Source: Magallana gigas (Eukaryota). Taken from it: a stretch of 64,000 bases of DNA. Shown here piece by piece: positions 9,901 to 23,800 of the stretch. The DNA lies in contig NC_088859.1 of NCBI RefSeq assembly GCF_963853765.1, positions 28,396,001-28,460,000 on the forward strand. The letters run 5' to 3'. Positions within the stretch are counted from its first letter, which is position 1; every line of letters starts with the position of its first letter. The notes below the pieces were generated by a model. That model was not told the DNA's origin. It worked only from the letters and a program-made list of their open reading frames with translations, and searched no databases. A program made the translations under genes and the position numbers.

Positions 9901-12900
9901 TTTTTCTCTTTTTCGAATACCTGTATGCACAATATTGAAATACATATTGAGAATGTTTCTTTTTTACAATAAAAATGTTATCAATTCAGGTATCTTACGG
10001 GTATGGTAGACAAACGTACGCTAGAAAAATATGAGAGAGAGGCCAAGGAAAAGAACAGAGAAACATGGTAATTTTGGTCAGAAATGTTCGTTAAGCCAGG
10101 TCTAACTGGCACATATACTTTTAACCAACTTTTATTAATGTTTTACTAGCTGTGAACTAGTCTATGCCAAACAGGTGTGGATGATAGGTGTTGATAAGGC
10201 TTGGTTGCAAAATTTAGTAGTTGCAAACCAGGTTTTCTCCGGTAAATTGCAAAATAAAGTCATCATGTATAAAAGTTGGTTTACAAGTTGATGCGTTGAA
10301 AAAAATATATTTTGAATCAGTGATGGGAACATCAATAGCACAAAAAATAATTCAACTATTTTGACAGGTATTTGTCATGGGCATTAGACACAAACTTGGA
10401 GGAGAGAGAAAAGGGAAAGACAGTAGAGGTGGGCAGGGCCTTTTTTGAAACAGAAAACAGGCACTTCACTATCTTGGATGCTCCTGGGCACAAAAGCTTT
10501 GTACCAAACATGATTGGTGGGGCATCGCAAGCAGATTTGGCTGTATTGGTAAGTTTTCACATACATGTACATTTACTACCATGTAAAATAACGATGTTAA
10601 TTTTACTGGTAGCTTTGAATATTGATACATGTTCGAATACCCATTTTTGGTGATTAAGATATACAGTGTGGAATTATTTTTAAAAATGTGTATATTGTTC
10701 ATGATGTTTTTGAAACAGGTGATCTCTGCCCGTAAAGGAGAGTTTGAGACAGGATTTGAGAGAGGTGGACAGACCAGAGAGCATGCTATGTTAGTGAAGA
10801 CTGCTGGAGTCAAACATTTGGTTGTTGTCATCAACAAGATGGATGACCCAACTGTCATGTGGTCAGAGGATAGGTAAGAATTTTCCTCTGTGAGGACTTG
10901 GTTTGATACTTGTATCTAGTGATGCTGGCTCTGCATGAGGATATGGCATTGGTCATTTCAAATACGCCTGTACATCAAGCAATCCATTTGTATCAACCTG
11001 TGTATATTTAAACAGTAAAATGCTTTCTTTGGTGATTTATGCTGAAATTTCCTGTAATCATCGCTGCGAATGAATCATCAAAGAAAGCATTCTATTGTTT
11101 GTATTTACATGTACATCTTTCTTTTAATAAATGAATGAATTGATCATAAAAAGTAAGTAGAATTAACTAAATTGTTGTGAAAAAATAGCCAAGTCAACTT
11201 AAGGGGGAAATTTGGACTGACTTCATTTTGGTAAGGCCAAAAAAAAAATTATGTGTGTTTCCTATTTCATCAAATTTTAAAATAGGGTAGGTAGGTCGGC
11301 TTTTTTTTTTTTTTTATTTTTTTTTTAAATGAGCTTTTAACTGTTACAGAATTAAAGCTTTCTTAAATCTAAGGTTTATTTGGAATGTATACGAAGATTT
11401 TATTTTCATGTAAATAGAAAATATAAATATGACAGCCACTATGAATTAACAGAGTATAATATTCATTACCACAAATATATCATATATTGGTTATTAGTTC
11501 TATTTTCTTGTTCAACTGACAGAACAGTAAACATTAATATGGTAACTGTAAGTGTTGATTTCAGAAACAGAGGAAATTCTGGTTGATCAGACGAGAGCCT
11601 TAGAATTAAATCTTTTCAATATCAAAAAAAAAAAAAGAATACATAATTAATGGTTTAAGGCTAATTTTAAAAACTTCATTTGCAATTGAACTGCAGCATT
11701 TTAAATTCATATTTATAATGTGAATGATTGTTGGGCCTATTCAAAGACTTACGATGTCTGCAGTCTCCACACCCAGAAATTAAAAAAAAAAAAAACTTTG
11801 CCTCTGCTTTTTTCTTGTACATCTTTATATTAATTTTTAACACATCACTGCCCTATGAAACTATTTATTGCATTGATAATTTAGCTAAAATATCCTACTG
11901 TCAATCTGCACTTAGAAATCTTTAAAATGCTTTAATGAGTGGTGTTTTCTATTGAATTGTTACAAGCGTTTTTTGAACTCTGATTTGTAAAGACTCTATT
12001 GTTTAAACCAATTACGGCTGGTAATCTGGATTTGGTTAATAAAAAGTGTTAGGGTCGGCGCATAAAAAATAGGGTCGGTCGGGAAACCGGAAACACACAT
12101 GTTTTTTTTTTTGGCCTAATTTCGTGCAGTCTGTGATTTTTCTTGAGGTTTCATGAGGTTGCTGAAGGTTTCGACTTATCGATAAATTGGATGTGTAGAT
12201 TTCTGTATTGTCAGTTTCTACAGAACTATGAATTACGATCAATTTCCATAAAAAATACAGGAAAACATACTTGGTAAATATTTATTATTGACACTATGTT
12301 GTAAAGTAGAGGGCATGTAAGTAAATAGGAAACTTCAAATTTAGAAACAAAAATGCCTCTATTGGATCTTAGATTGATGATGCAACATTAGAGTTTTCGA
12401 CACACTTCAGTTAGATCATTATGTATCAAAGATACATTCTTGTAATCCTTGTCTGAAACTTTATTAAATAGAAATGCCAGTGTGATAATTTATACCATGC
12501 TATTAGTGTTTATCAACAACATATATTCAAACACAGATTCAACGAGTGCAAAGAGAAATTACTACCTTACCTAAAGAAGTGTGGGTTCAATCCAAAGACA
12601 GACATCTTCTTCTTACCTGTCTCCGGATTAACTGGTGCATTCCTGAAAGACATACCTGACGAGTCTGTATGTCCGTGGTACAGGTAAAGAACTAGTTATT
12701 GTTAGTTTGACAAAACGAGACATAGAAATAAAGTGTTTATTATTGTCATTTTGAGGAGACTGAAAGAATGTATATTACTTATATCTTGTTCTTTTGTTTT
12801 AGAGGGCCATCACTGATTACCTACCTAGACACAATGCCTTCATTCAACAGATCCATAAACCAACCTGTCCGCATGCCTATTGTAGACAGATACAAGGTCA

Positions 12901-15414
12901 GTAGACAGATACAAGGTCAGTAGACAGATACAAGGTCAATAGACAGGAGAGGGTATTCCCAGAGGAAGCTACTGGTACTGTGAAAAGGATATTACTACGT
13001 TCACAGAAGGGCTGCTCTCTATAGCATGTTGCTTCTTTTCCCATTTCTTTGATTCAGCATTGAAATTTAAGGCATGTTCACAAGAGCAGGTGCTCCCAAA
13101 AAACTAAGGCATGTTCAGAAGAGCAAGAACTCTCTAAAAACCCTACGCAGAAATTTTGATGAGCACCCACTCTGCTGAACATGCCTCAGGTCTAGCAACT
13201 TTTGTATCTTTCCAAGACTCAAATCTGATTTAGACTTAATTTTGACTTCTCTGAATGGAATGTTGGAAAAATTACATGCACATACATGCCTGTATTGATG
13301 GTTAGTACTGTGATAAAGTTACTGTGAATAACAATGAATATTTCTTTACTTACTTTTGCAGGATATGGGCATCTTGCTACTAGGAAAATTAGAATCTGGA
13401 TGCATATTTCGGAACCAAACATTCCTGCTAATGCCAAACAGAGTAAGCCTTTTCATTCAAGAAAGTATACAGGTATTTAAGACAGATTTCAGTTGTTTAT
13501 ACATTTATTTTTATATTTTCTTTTGTTACTTTTAAGGCCAGTGTCAAAATCATGCAAATTTTCTCGGATGACATTGAAGTGGAAGAGGCCAATCCAGGAG
13601 AAAATCTCAAACTGAAAGTGACCGGAGTGGAAGAAGAGGTAAAGTTCACGCGTTATCCTGAGTTTAAGTGGAGTTGGGAAATTTTTTACTTTTCACTCAT
13701 TTAAGTAATCATTTTTCCGTTGTTTTTTACTGACAATCTTCAAGTACATATTAATTGCAAGTGTTCACAAGCGTCAATTTGAAAAGGCTTTTCAAGTGCT
13801 TGTAAATCTGCAAGTGTGACGAGAAAGAAGAGTAATTACTGTGGTTTCATCAATATTCGTTGAATACCAATTTTCGTGGATTTCGTTGTTAGATTGATCC
13901 ACGAAATTAAATGTTCATTGAAATTCAATTTTCAATAAACATTTTGTATTGATAGGATCATTGGCCACGAAATTACGTATTCTTGAAACTGTGGTTTTCA
14001 GAAATTCCATGAAAATTGATACCCACGAAAATTAATGAAACCACAGTATGAGGAAAGGAAACAGTGAAAATGACAACATAGGTCACAATCTTTACTCATC
14101 CAAACATGATTATTAAGTTTATAGTTATCATGTCTGCGCTGTTCTTCTTTCTGTCACACTTTGAGTTGGCTTGCTTTTTAGCTCAGTTTTAAAACACTGG
14201 TCAAGATTTTAAAACGTCAAATTTCAAACAGAAATATCATGTCTGCGCTGTTCTTCTTTCTGTCACACTTTGAGTTGGCATGCTTCTTAGCTCAGTTTTA
14301 AAACGCTGATCAAAAATTTTAGAACTCAAATTTCAAAAATAAATTAATGTACGTGAGATCAATTTAACCATGTCATAATATATACTGACCCTGATTATAT
14401 GGATATTTTTTTTTTTGTTTAATGAGGAAATTATTTACCTTTAAAATGATAATAAAAATCATTATCTTTATTTCTATAGGATGTATCGCCTGGGTTTGTA
14501 TTGTGTCCTTCCAATAGTCTATGCCACACAGCAAAAACATTTGATGCTCAGGTAAGCTTAGAAAATACAGTTGAGATGTGAGAATGCTCAATTACTATCA
14601 ATTTTCAAAATTTAGAACATACAAAAAAGTGATGATCATGCTGAATTCTATGGATAAAAGTTCATGGTTTCTTCCAGATTGTGATACTGGAACACAAGTC
14701 CATTATTTGTGCGGGATATAGTGCTATTCTACACATTCATGCATGTGCAGAAGAAGTAACGATCAAGACCCTACTGTGTATCATAGACAAAAAGACTGGC
14801 GAAAAGGCCCAACTGAAACCTAGATTTGTGAAACAAGATCAGGTGGCAATAGCAAGAATAGAAGTCAACGGAGGAATGATCTGTTTAGAGACATTCAAAG
14901 ATTTCCCTCAGATGGGACGATTTACATTACGAGATGAAGGTATTCAGTTTTCATTAAATAACTAACCAGACTTTTTTTTATGAGGAATTTCTTTTATTAA
15001 GAAAATTATGCAAGTTCAGGTCCTAGTGAATATTGAGATTTAGAGAGAGTACTGGAAATTTAAGGACTTTTCGAAAACTTCTATCAATTTTGACCAAAAT
15101 TAATGATTTTAACTCCAAAATTCTTTGGATGAGTAATTATTAATCATGTTTTGTTGGTTTCCAGAAACCGTGGTGAAATTTATATCAATAATGTATTTTA
15201 ATTTCACACATACATACATCAAAATGCCTGAAAGTTTTTTTTTTTTTAAGTCATTTTCCTTTATCATATTGGTCAAAAGTGTGAATGGTAATTAAAAAAA
15301 CACTGAGTTGGATATGTAAAATAAAATTAAATTGAAGATATATTTGTAATTTTGTGATTTTTTTTTCCAGGAAAAACGATTGCAATAGGAAAAGTTCTAA
15401 AGATCCGTGAATAA
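6957..15414 (+). CDS. GSPT1: Eukaryotic peptide chain release factor GTP-binding subunit eRF3 (555 aa)
   Basis: Exons 6957-7131, 8254-8334, 9342-9503, 9611-9644, 9990-10067, 10368-10548, 10719-10873, 12537-12683, 12803-12896, 13362-13442, 13537-13638, 14480-14551, 14678-14939, 15371-15414; total 1668 nt, in frame. Overlapping PAM2 motifs ([21 protein letters not shown]), G1 GHVDAGKS, DAPGH, NKMD, and C-terminal [19 protein letters not shown]. Confidence 0.98.
7935..8136. mobile_element. Degenerate TA-flanked MITE (Tc1/mariner-type ends)
   Basis: TA|CTGTCGAATCATT ... ATGATTCTACAA|TA; ends resemble those of the element at 13839-14046. Confidence 0.45.
11009..12280. mobile_element. Older family-B hairpin-headed element split by a nested insertion
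   Basis: 11009-11231 matches the family-B hairpin (centre deleted) and the start of the body; 12120-12280 continues the body. Joining the halves gives TTTGGACTGACTTCATTTTGGTAATTTCGTGCAG, colinear with TTTGAGTCTGACATCGCCATGATTATTTCGTGCAG in the 22359-22910 copy. Confidence 0.65.
11235..12116. mobile_element. Non-autonomous TIR element with GGCC termini and TAA TSD (Zator-like)
   Basis: TAA|GGCCAAAAAAAAAAATTATGTGTGTTTCC ... GGAAACACACATGTTTTTTTTTTTGGCC|TAA. GG..CC ends with a TWA TSD fit Zator. Confidence 0.75.
12882..12946 (+). repeat. 19-bp unit triplicated across the eRF3 exon 9 / intron 9 junction
   Basis: GTAGACAGATACAAGGTCA at 12882, 12901 and 12920, plus a partial ATAGACAG. Confidence 0.95.
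13839..14046. mobile_element. TA-flanked MITE (Tc1/mariner-type)
   Basis: TA|CTGTGGTTTCATCAATATTCGT ... ACGAAAATTAATGAAACCACAG|TA. Confidence 0.85.
14126..14337. repeat. 109-bp tandem duplication in eRF3 intron 11
   Basis: TATCATGTCTGCGCTGTTCTTCTTTCTGTCACACTTTGAGTTGGC... starts at 14126 and again at 14235. Confidence 0.9.
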
Positions 15415-17840
15415 ATTAAAAACTGACTTTGAGAATTCAATTGGAATGCGACACTAGTTATGCTTTCAGTGCTCAACAGAAATTTGCCTGTTAGTGAAAA
15501 TTCCAAAGAGGACTGATCTTTGAACTTGGCAACATACAAATGTACATGTACTTGGCAGATTGTTTCTGCCCTCTGGAGGTTAAGGGCAAACTTGTACATG
15601 TACAAAGGTGCTTTATTGTGTACATTTTATTTTAACAGTTCAAGTTGGTTTTAGAAAATTATGCTGTTTAAAATAGGGTGGTTTTTTTTTTTTACTATGC
15701 AATGTGCAGAAATCATCAGTATATTTTGATTTGTTTTTTTTGGGGGGAGGGGGGGGGGCTGTTTAGGCGATTTGTTAATTAATTTTCTTAGCTTGAACGC
15801 TTGAAATCTACATGGAAAACTTGTACATATCAAATCGGTTGTAAATTTTTTTCATAGAATATTTTAAAATAAATTCTAATTTTCAGGAAAAAATGGACCC
15901 ACCAAATAGATCATGAAATTAAATGTAGGCTATTTGAAGCATTTTCTATTAAATTTCATCTGTTGCCTTTGAATTTTTTTATGTTTGCCATGTTCACTGT
16001 ATAATTCATAACATTGTTCAGTTTGTATGTTTTTGCAAAGTTTACTGCAGATGGCTATAAACTATCATAAAAAGATACAAATATATGAAATCATTTATGA
16101 AATTCCTAACTGGATGAACATTTCAGTCAAGTGATTTAAGCTAAGATAAAAGGATAAAAACTTAAAATAATAAATATATTAATGGTAAATTTCTTAGATG
16201 ACTAAATTTTGTTCACACTGCAAAAATATTAATGATGACTTGTTTCATTATAATTATGCTTTATTGAGGTAAGATTGTGAACACCATTTTATGGCAATAC
16301 AAATTTCATGTATTTATGATGTATACCAGTACATGTGTATCTAGAAAACAATTTCTTGGAACAGTTTTGTTGATGTCACAGTCTGTGTTATGCAAAAAGT
16401 GCTGTAAAGATTTGACACCTTTGATATTTGTCAAAATAAGGTATAAAATTAAAAATATTAAATACTTATTTGGATGTTTTTTAGTTAACCTTAAGTCTGA
16501 TGATTTGACGGTCAGTGAATGTTCAGAGTGATGGGGACATGAATTCTCAAGTTTGGTCTCTTGAAGATTCTAATTGACTTTGCTTGAAGAGGCAACTATG
16601 GAAAATAAAGCTGTTTTACAGATTTTTATTTATCGAAGGCTGTACCTCTCGGAAGAAGTAAAATGTTAATTTAATTGAATCAAGTATTTTCTCTGCATTA
16701 CTTTATAAAACTGTCAAAAGATTAAGTATGCATTATTTATAACTTGACCTTTGACCTCTGTCATTTTGATTGGACAAAGTAGACACTTCCATTCCAGGTG
16801 AAAATGTTGCTTAAACCCAGTATACTTGTGGTTTCAGAATATCAGTATGTGCTCTAATATAGGTAGCTAGAACTCATCCATCCAGAATTTTTGGATGATA
16901 ATAAAAGTTCACATTGATTAATAATTACATTGTAAAGTTAGTTTTATAATGTACCTGAAAAGACTGAATGTGAAAATGTCATGAATTAATGTAATATTTT
17001 TCCCCGATATCAGCAATATTTGCTCTGGTATTAAATTAAGGATGGTGCAGTTTATTGTCAACTATAATATGGTTGCACATTGATCAAAGATGAAAAATTG
17101 GTCTTTCAAATTCAAAATCTTTTATATAGAATTGTATATACTGATACATGAAATATAAATTACATTCTGTATACAAAATACAGAGGTACATGTAAATATA
17201 TATAGAGTAATTGGACATAAAACAATTAAAACAAAACAAATGCCTTATTGATCTTGGAAACACAAAATTTCAAAACGTCAACATGGGCCACATTAGCAAC
17301 AATGCCTGAATGAGTGATATATATATATAATTATACTAATTCAGTAACAATTAAAAAATGTTAATATTTTCATTTGTTTTGGGTTTTTTCCTCCAATTTT
17401 TAAAACTTCTCCAGTTATTCACCTTTGACCTTTACTTTTAAAGGTCACTTGGCCACAATCGTGTTTATTTAGAAGTTGGATATGGAAAAACAATTCAAAA
17501 AAATTAAACCATTGATGTACACTGGACACTTTTTGGTACAGAAATTTTCTTATTGTAATGTTAAGAACACTGTTATCTGACTTCTATTTATGAAAATCTT
17601 ATATAGCAATTAACCAGTGATAATTTTTTTTTCTGGACAGAGTTCGTAAAGGACTGCCTTATGGTGTGGTAAAAGAGTTCTTTAGAACCTCCAAAAACTT
17701 TTCTTAACACTGTAAAAAAATATCATCAGAACGTGCGTCTTTCATTCAGTGATTTCTTTTCATTGGAATCACAAGTCATTCTTCCCTTGTTTTCAATAAA
17801 ATTCCCCCAAGTAATCAGCTGGCTCCTATATAATTCGAAT

Positions 17841-20800
17841 CTACTCTCTTCCCCATTCTCGATTGCGCAACTCCACTCTGCGAATCTTTCCACTGACAGT
17901 TTTAGGTAGTTCTTCAACAAAGTCAATCTACATGAAGAGTAAATTAATCAATCTTACTTATTGTTATATAACTCATACCCAATATAATTATTTTTTTAAT
18001 TTTTTTATTAATTCTCATGAAAACATGAAGATGATAAAAGATTTATAAACATGCCAACCTTTCTTGGGTATTTGTAGGGAGCAGTTATGGATTTGACATG
18101 CTCTTGGAGTTCTTTTCGTAATTCCCCTTCATCTCTTGTTTTGTACTTTTCAGTTCTAATTACAAATGCTTTTACAACCTGTTAAATATACCATTAAGTA
18201 CATGTTGAATGAGTTTTTCATACAAAGCATCCCCCAATGCATGCACACTCCTTTTCTGACTCTTTAATATAATTATAGGTCTAGAGTGTAATTATTGTGG
18301 TGGCAATTTTTAGACATGTACTGGTATATTGATCTCCCTGAGAAGAAAGCTAGAGATACAAGAATATGTGCAAATTTTGAAGCTGAAATATTTGGAATTT
18401 TTCTTTACTTAATAATAGTTGATAGCAAAAAAAAATTAGTTCAAGTATCTAAAAATTTTAGGAAAATTGTATGAGTAATTTGTTAACCACCCAGTCTCCT
18501 TTATAAAGACAAAGACTGTTTTAAGTACCGCAATAGATAAATCATGCAATTTTGACTGTTTTGTGGTGTATTGTAAATTATGTCATGGTCTGGGTTTCAG
18601 AACCCTGTGTAACCCCAAAAGACAAAAATGATAAACTCATATGTTGCAGAAAAAAATAATGCAAATACATTTTGTTTGCGCATGCACCTGGTACTGAAAT
18701 TATTATAAGTAGCATGCTGTATAACTGAAGTGATAAGCTAGATGCTACATGTATTTTTTTTTTTAGAAATTTCTGCAGTTTTATTGCAACTGCTAAAAGT
18801 TCCATAGCAAATAAATATTGTGTTACCTTGTTTTTATAGTCACCAATTCTTAAATTTAAAAACAAATTTGCTAGAATTTAAATATACCATTCTAGAATAT
18901 TATAAAAACACCATAATTTTCACCCCCCCCTACCAGCCCAAGTTTAAAGTATATATATATATGTATGTCATGCCTATGTGTACAATAACTGTCATAATTA
19001 CCTCCCCTCGGACTTGATCTGGGCTACTGACTACAGCTGATTCCAAAACAGCAGGGTGCTCTATCAAAGCACTCTCCACCTCAAACGGACCAATTCGGTA
19101 TCTGTCATTAAGAAAAGGTAAACATTAAGTTTTGCTGACCATTTGCCATTCTTCTTCTTGTTGAGCATGTCAAACTTATCCGTAAAAAGAGATCAAGGCA
19201 CAAGTATGTGTTATTATATAAATAGTGCCTGTTTGGAAGGGTAACTGTTGAAATTGACACCCCGAGACAACCATTGTCAACCGACGCAAAGTGGAGGTTG
19301 ACAATGGTTTTTGAGGGGTGTCAATTTCAACAGTTACCCTCCCAAACAGGCACTATTTATTTTATTATACTGAATGTCTTAATTTTAAAGAGAATTTTAC
19401 TCCTTTTATATAGAAATGAAGTGAATTCAACGGCGAACTGTACGCGCATAATTTACGCGCATGTAACAATTCGTTGTGTTACCCGTTGCCAAGTGTGTTG
19501 CTAACGCTGAGGGTAATAGAACGGATTACCAACTGCGTCTAAACCAATCAGATTTCAGTATTTAACATGAAAGTATATTAATAAAACATGTACTACAAAA
19601 TATTTTTTCCAGTGGATCCTTACCCAGCTGTTAGTATGATGTCGTCTGCTCTTCCTACAAACCAGAAGTAACCATCATCATCCCTGACAGCTTTATCACC
19701 CGTCATATAGAAATCTCCCTGATACACAGACTGGGTTCGCTTCTCATCATCCTAAAAATAACAGTACCGGTATGTAGTATAGGGCTGGGTGGTTTATTTG
19801 GTCTTCAAATATTGTGAAATCATTCAAATTTTTTTGCACAGTTATCACAGCATAACCATTCTAGAATCTATTTCATATGACTTAAATTAAATACGGTAAT
19901 AAACCTTCATGTAACTAACAGTATACACTGTAAGCATAAAGTAAACCAAATTTTATATACATGCGAGAAATTTTCTCAAGGTTCACGAGAGCTGCATCGT
20001 CGAGAATTTTTCTCGCCATGTTTCAGTCTTTGAATGCCTATGGTATATTATATTCCACAAAGTCTAAATTTTGTTCGCAAAAAATATTAAATGCAAACTA
20101 GTACACGTATATCTTTGGTAAATTACAAAATAGTCACGAATAAAAGCTGGTTTACAATTTTGCATAACATAATTATTTCACAAAAAGTGTAAAAAGATAA
20201 AGTCCAAATAAGGTATTGAAAGAGTGCAATGCTTGCTAAAGGTCTTTAGCTCCTGGTCTGAAAAAAATTAGAACGGATGACCTGGGTCATAGCACATGAC
20301 CAGGTTGTCTATCCAAATTTTTTCAAAACAGGAGCTACAGACCTGCAGCTAGAGAAATTCACATGTACATGAATTATTTAAGAACACACTAGTTGAGTTG
20401 ATTTGGAGACTTTACCACGTATTTAGTGAAGAGACCCACTGGTCGGTGAGGTTTGACTCTCAGTCCAACGTTTCCCTCCACATTGTTCGGCAGGATGTTT
20501 CCTTCTTCATCAACAATCTGCGAGGACATGTTACAGTGACAAATATTGCAGGCAATACAGCTGGCAAGTGTTGCCCTAATACATCCACTCTTTGCATCAG
20601 GATAAAATTTGTACAAGAAGTACGTCACAGTGCATTTGCTTCTGACAAGAATTTACTGTACATGGTAATACATGTATATATTCATGTCGTACAAAATATA
20701 TGGACAAATAATACATAATCTTTGACATATTACAATATCCTTTCATTTCAAGATGTCTCTTCCTGGATTTGAGAAAAGTAAACTAACAAAAAGAATTCCC

Positions 20801-23800
20801 GGTACATAAGAGACCCTAAACACAAAAAAGTTTTAAGCCTTATATTTAGAATTATAAATCACCTCAAGATCAATTCCAGGCGCGGGTTTTCCCATGGAGC
20901 CAGGCTTGATCTTAATACAGGGGTAAGTCCCACACAGGAATACCTAATTAATTAAAAGTATATTAAAAATAACATACAATCTATTTTCTGGTGGAAGAGG
21001 CGAAAAAATTATTACTCAGTGAATTTACCGTTATAATTATGCATGAACAAGAATAAATGAAATTAGCTAGCTCACTGTTTCACTTTGTCCATATGCTTCA
21101 TATACATGCCCCCCTCTTGTTCCCTCCTGCCACTCTTCTAGAAGTTCTGGGTTCTAGGAAAAAGAGAAAAGCAACAAATGAAGCACATGATTCATGCGTA
21201 TCATTTAAAACTGAATTTAATTACCGTACATGGAACTAAATACTTACCACTGGTTCTCCTGCACTTAGACACTTGACCTTGTGGAGATGTGTATATTTGG
21301 ACAAATTCTCCTTCACAATCAGTCTTAATGCGGTTGGCGGCACACAAAACACATTAATGGCTTGGTTTCTATCTAAAATCTGAAAACAATCAGAAAATCC
21401 ATGAACAAGTCATTTACAGTAATATCTTATATCTTTTGATTTTGTTTATACAATAAAATATGGCACCAACCACCTAACCTTGCTTATAATAAACTTGTGA
21501 AACAAAACAGTACTAAAAGTTACACTTCTGATTTGATTTGAACATATTTTATTATGCAAATATACATTTACAAAATGGATTAGGCAGCAGGCAATGCCTA
21601 TGTAAGCCTTCTCCATGAAGTTACACTTCTGAAAGTTACACTTTAATATCAGCATAGACTTTGACACTCTTATAGTGGAGAAATATTGGCGACAACTGTA
21701 TGAGATAATACGTGTACCTCTAAGAACTCCCCAGCATCGAATCTGCTGGTCTGGTGTGCAAACACACACGCTCCTCTTAGCCAGGTAGCAAATAAACTGC
21801 TGTATCCTGCCTTAGCCCATCCAGTGTCGGAAATGTTCCAAACCACATCATTGTGAAAGACATCCAGCATGTATCTGTAAAAGTAGGATAATTCTTTTTT
21901 TGTTTTCTTACCAAGATACTGTAAACATATCATATTTGGAGTGTACAATATTTGGCGGAAATTTGTTTTTGAACAAACTATAGTTGCCGTGGATTTGAAT
22001 TAGCGTATTCCTGAATATGACTATTCTTATACATATATGCATGGCATTTAGCGACGTACAGGGTACATGTACTTGATTTAGCGCAAGCTGCATTCCACCA
22101 AAAGCTCTAATAAATAGATTACACAGCCAAATTTAGTACGTTAACAGTATCAAAAAACTTAATTATCAGCTTACATGAATTTTATGATTTTTGTATGCAT
22201 ACATAAATGACTAATTCTATCAAGATACATACATGTATTCCTGTCCAGGACATGAAGATTGCATGTACAAGACACAAGTAGATGTATACAAAAATTTAAC
22301 TTTACCGGCCATACCATATTTTCCATTTAAAACTGATTTACAGAATAATGCGTTCATTTAAACAATAAATTGCTTTCTTTGGTGATTCATTCGGGATTTG
22401 AAGGTAGCGACCGACATTGCAGAAAAAATACATAACCCGCGTTAGCGGGTTATGTAAATTTTTTCTGCAATGATCGCTACTTTCATTACCCAAATGAATC
22501 ATCAAAGAAAGCATTTTATTGTTTATATTTAGTAAACATCTTTCTTTTAGCCAATTGATAAATTGATTATGAAAAGTAAGTAAAATTCACTAAATTACTG
22601 TTAAGGTACGTAAGTACGTTAACTAAAAGAAACAGCCAAATCATCTCCTGTGAGACTTTGAGTCTGACATCGCCATGATTATTTCGTGCAGTCCGTGATT
22701 TTTCCTAGGTAGTTGTAGATCTCGACCAATCGATAAACTGGGCATGTCAAGTTTGGTCCTGTCACTTTCTTGTCAGTTTCAGTCGCTGTAGATTTCGACC
22801 AATCAATAAACGGGGCGTGTAGATTTCAATCTGGCTGTTTCTATAGAGCTATGAATTAACTGTAAGTTTCCGTAAGAAATAGAGGGAATAATATTTGGTA
22901 GATGTAAATACATGTATGTGACAATGAATCATTCATGGATCCTAAGTTACACAGGACAGTGTAATTATCATGAAATGTTCTTTGAAAAGGTCATGGCATG
23001 AGAAGTCATACCTGGTAGTCTTCATTTTAAAGCAATTATATTTACCGGTATACCAATACCTGGCAGTTACAAAATGTCCAAATCCCAGACTTCCATGTGT
23101 ATGTTCAGCCATCTTGGGAGCACCTGTTGTACCACTGGTGAAATACAAGGTCATGGGCTCATCAGACCTAGAGTTGATTGTCTACAAAACACCAACAAAT
23201 GCTGGGTATTCCTTCTAATGTCAAAGTTATGTTATGTTGCAGTCAAAAATTATATTAATATGAATAATATGTCTTTACATGAATTTAAAAATAGTATTTG
23301 CTTGTATAGTATAAAGCTGCTACTCTATTTTATTCTTCAATAAAAAATAGTATCTTAAATGTGAAATTAATACAAGTACTGTCTCTTATGTGGGTTCAAA
23401 TCATTGGCACATTTGTTTAAAACATTTCTTTTCATCAGTACCAATATATCTCTTTGATAAGGAAAAAATATTTTTTTCAGTGAATAAATTCAACATGCTT
23501 GTTAAAACTACACGTAAACATGAAATATGATCACTGATTTATTAAAACTTGAAAGATGCTTGCATTAAGTACTTTGGGATTTAGCTATGTAGCCCATGGG
23601 ACTCTTCTTATTCCAACTGACAACTAAAAATAATTACATTACATCATACAATCTTTGAAATCAAATTTTCAGCATCTGTCAAGGATATCTATTTTTTCTA
23701 TGTAGGCTGCAATAATGATGACAAATTCTAGCTTGAGTAGGTTTAAGTCTGGACCTTCCCTTTGCATCTTATTTCTATATTCGGTAAGGAAGTTGACCAA

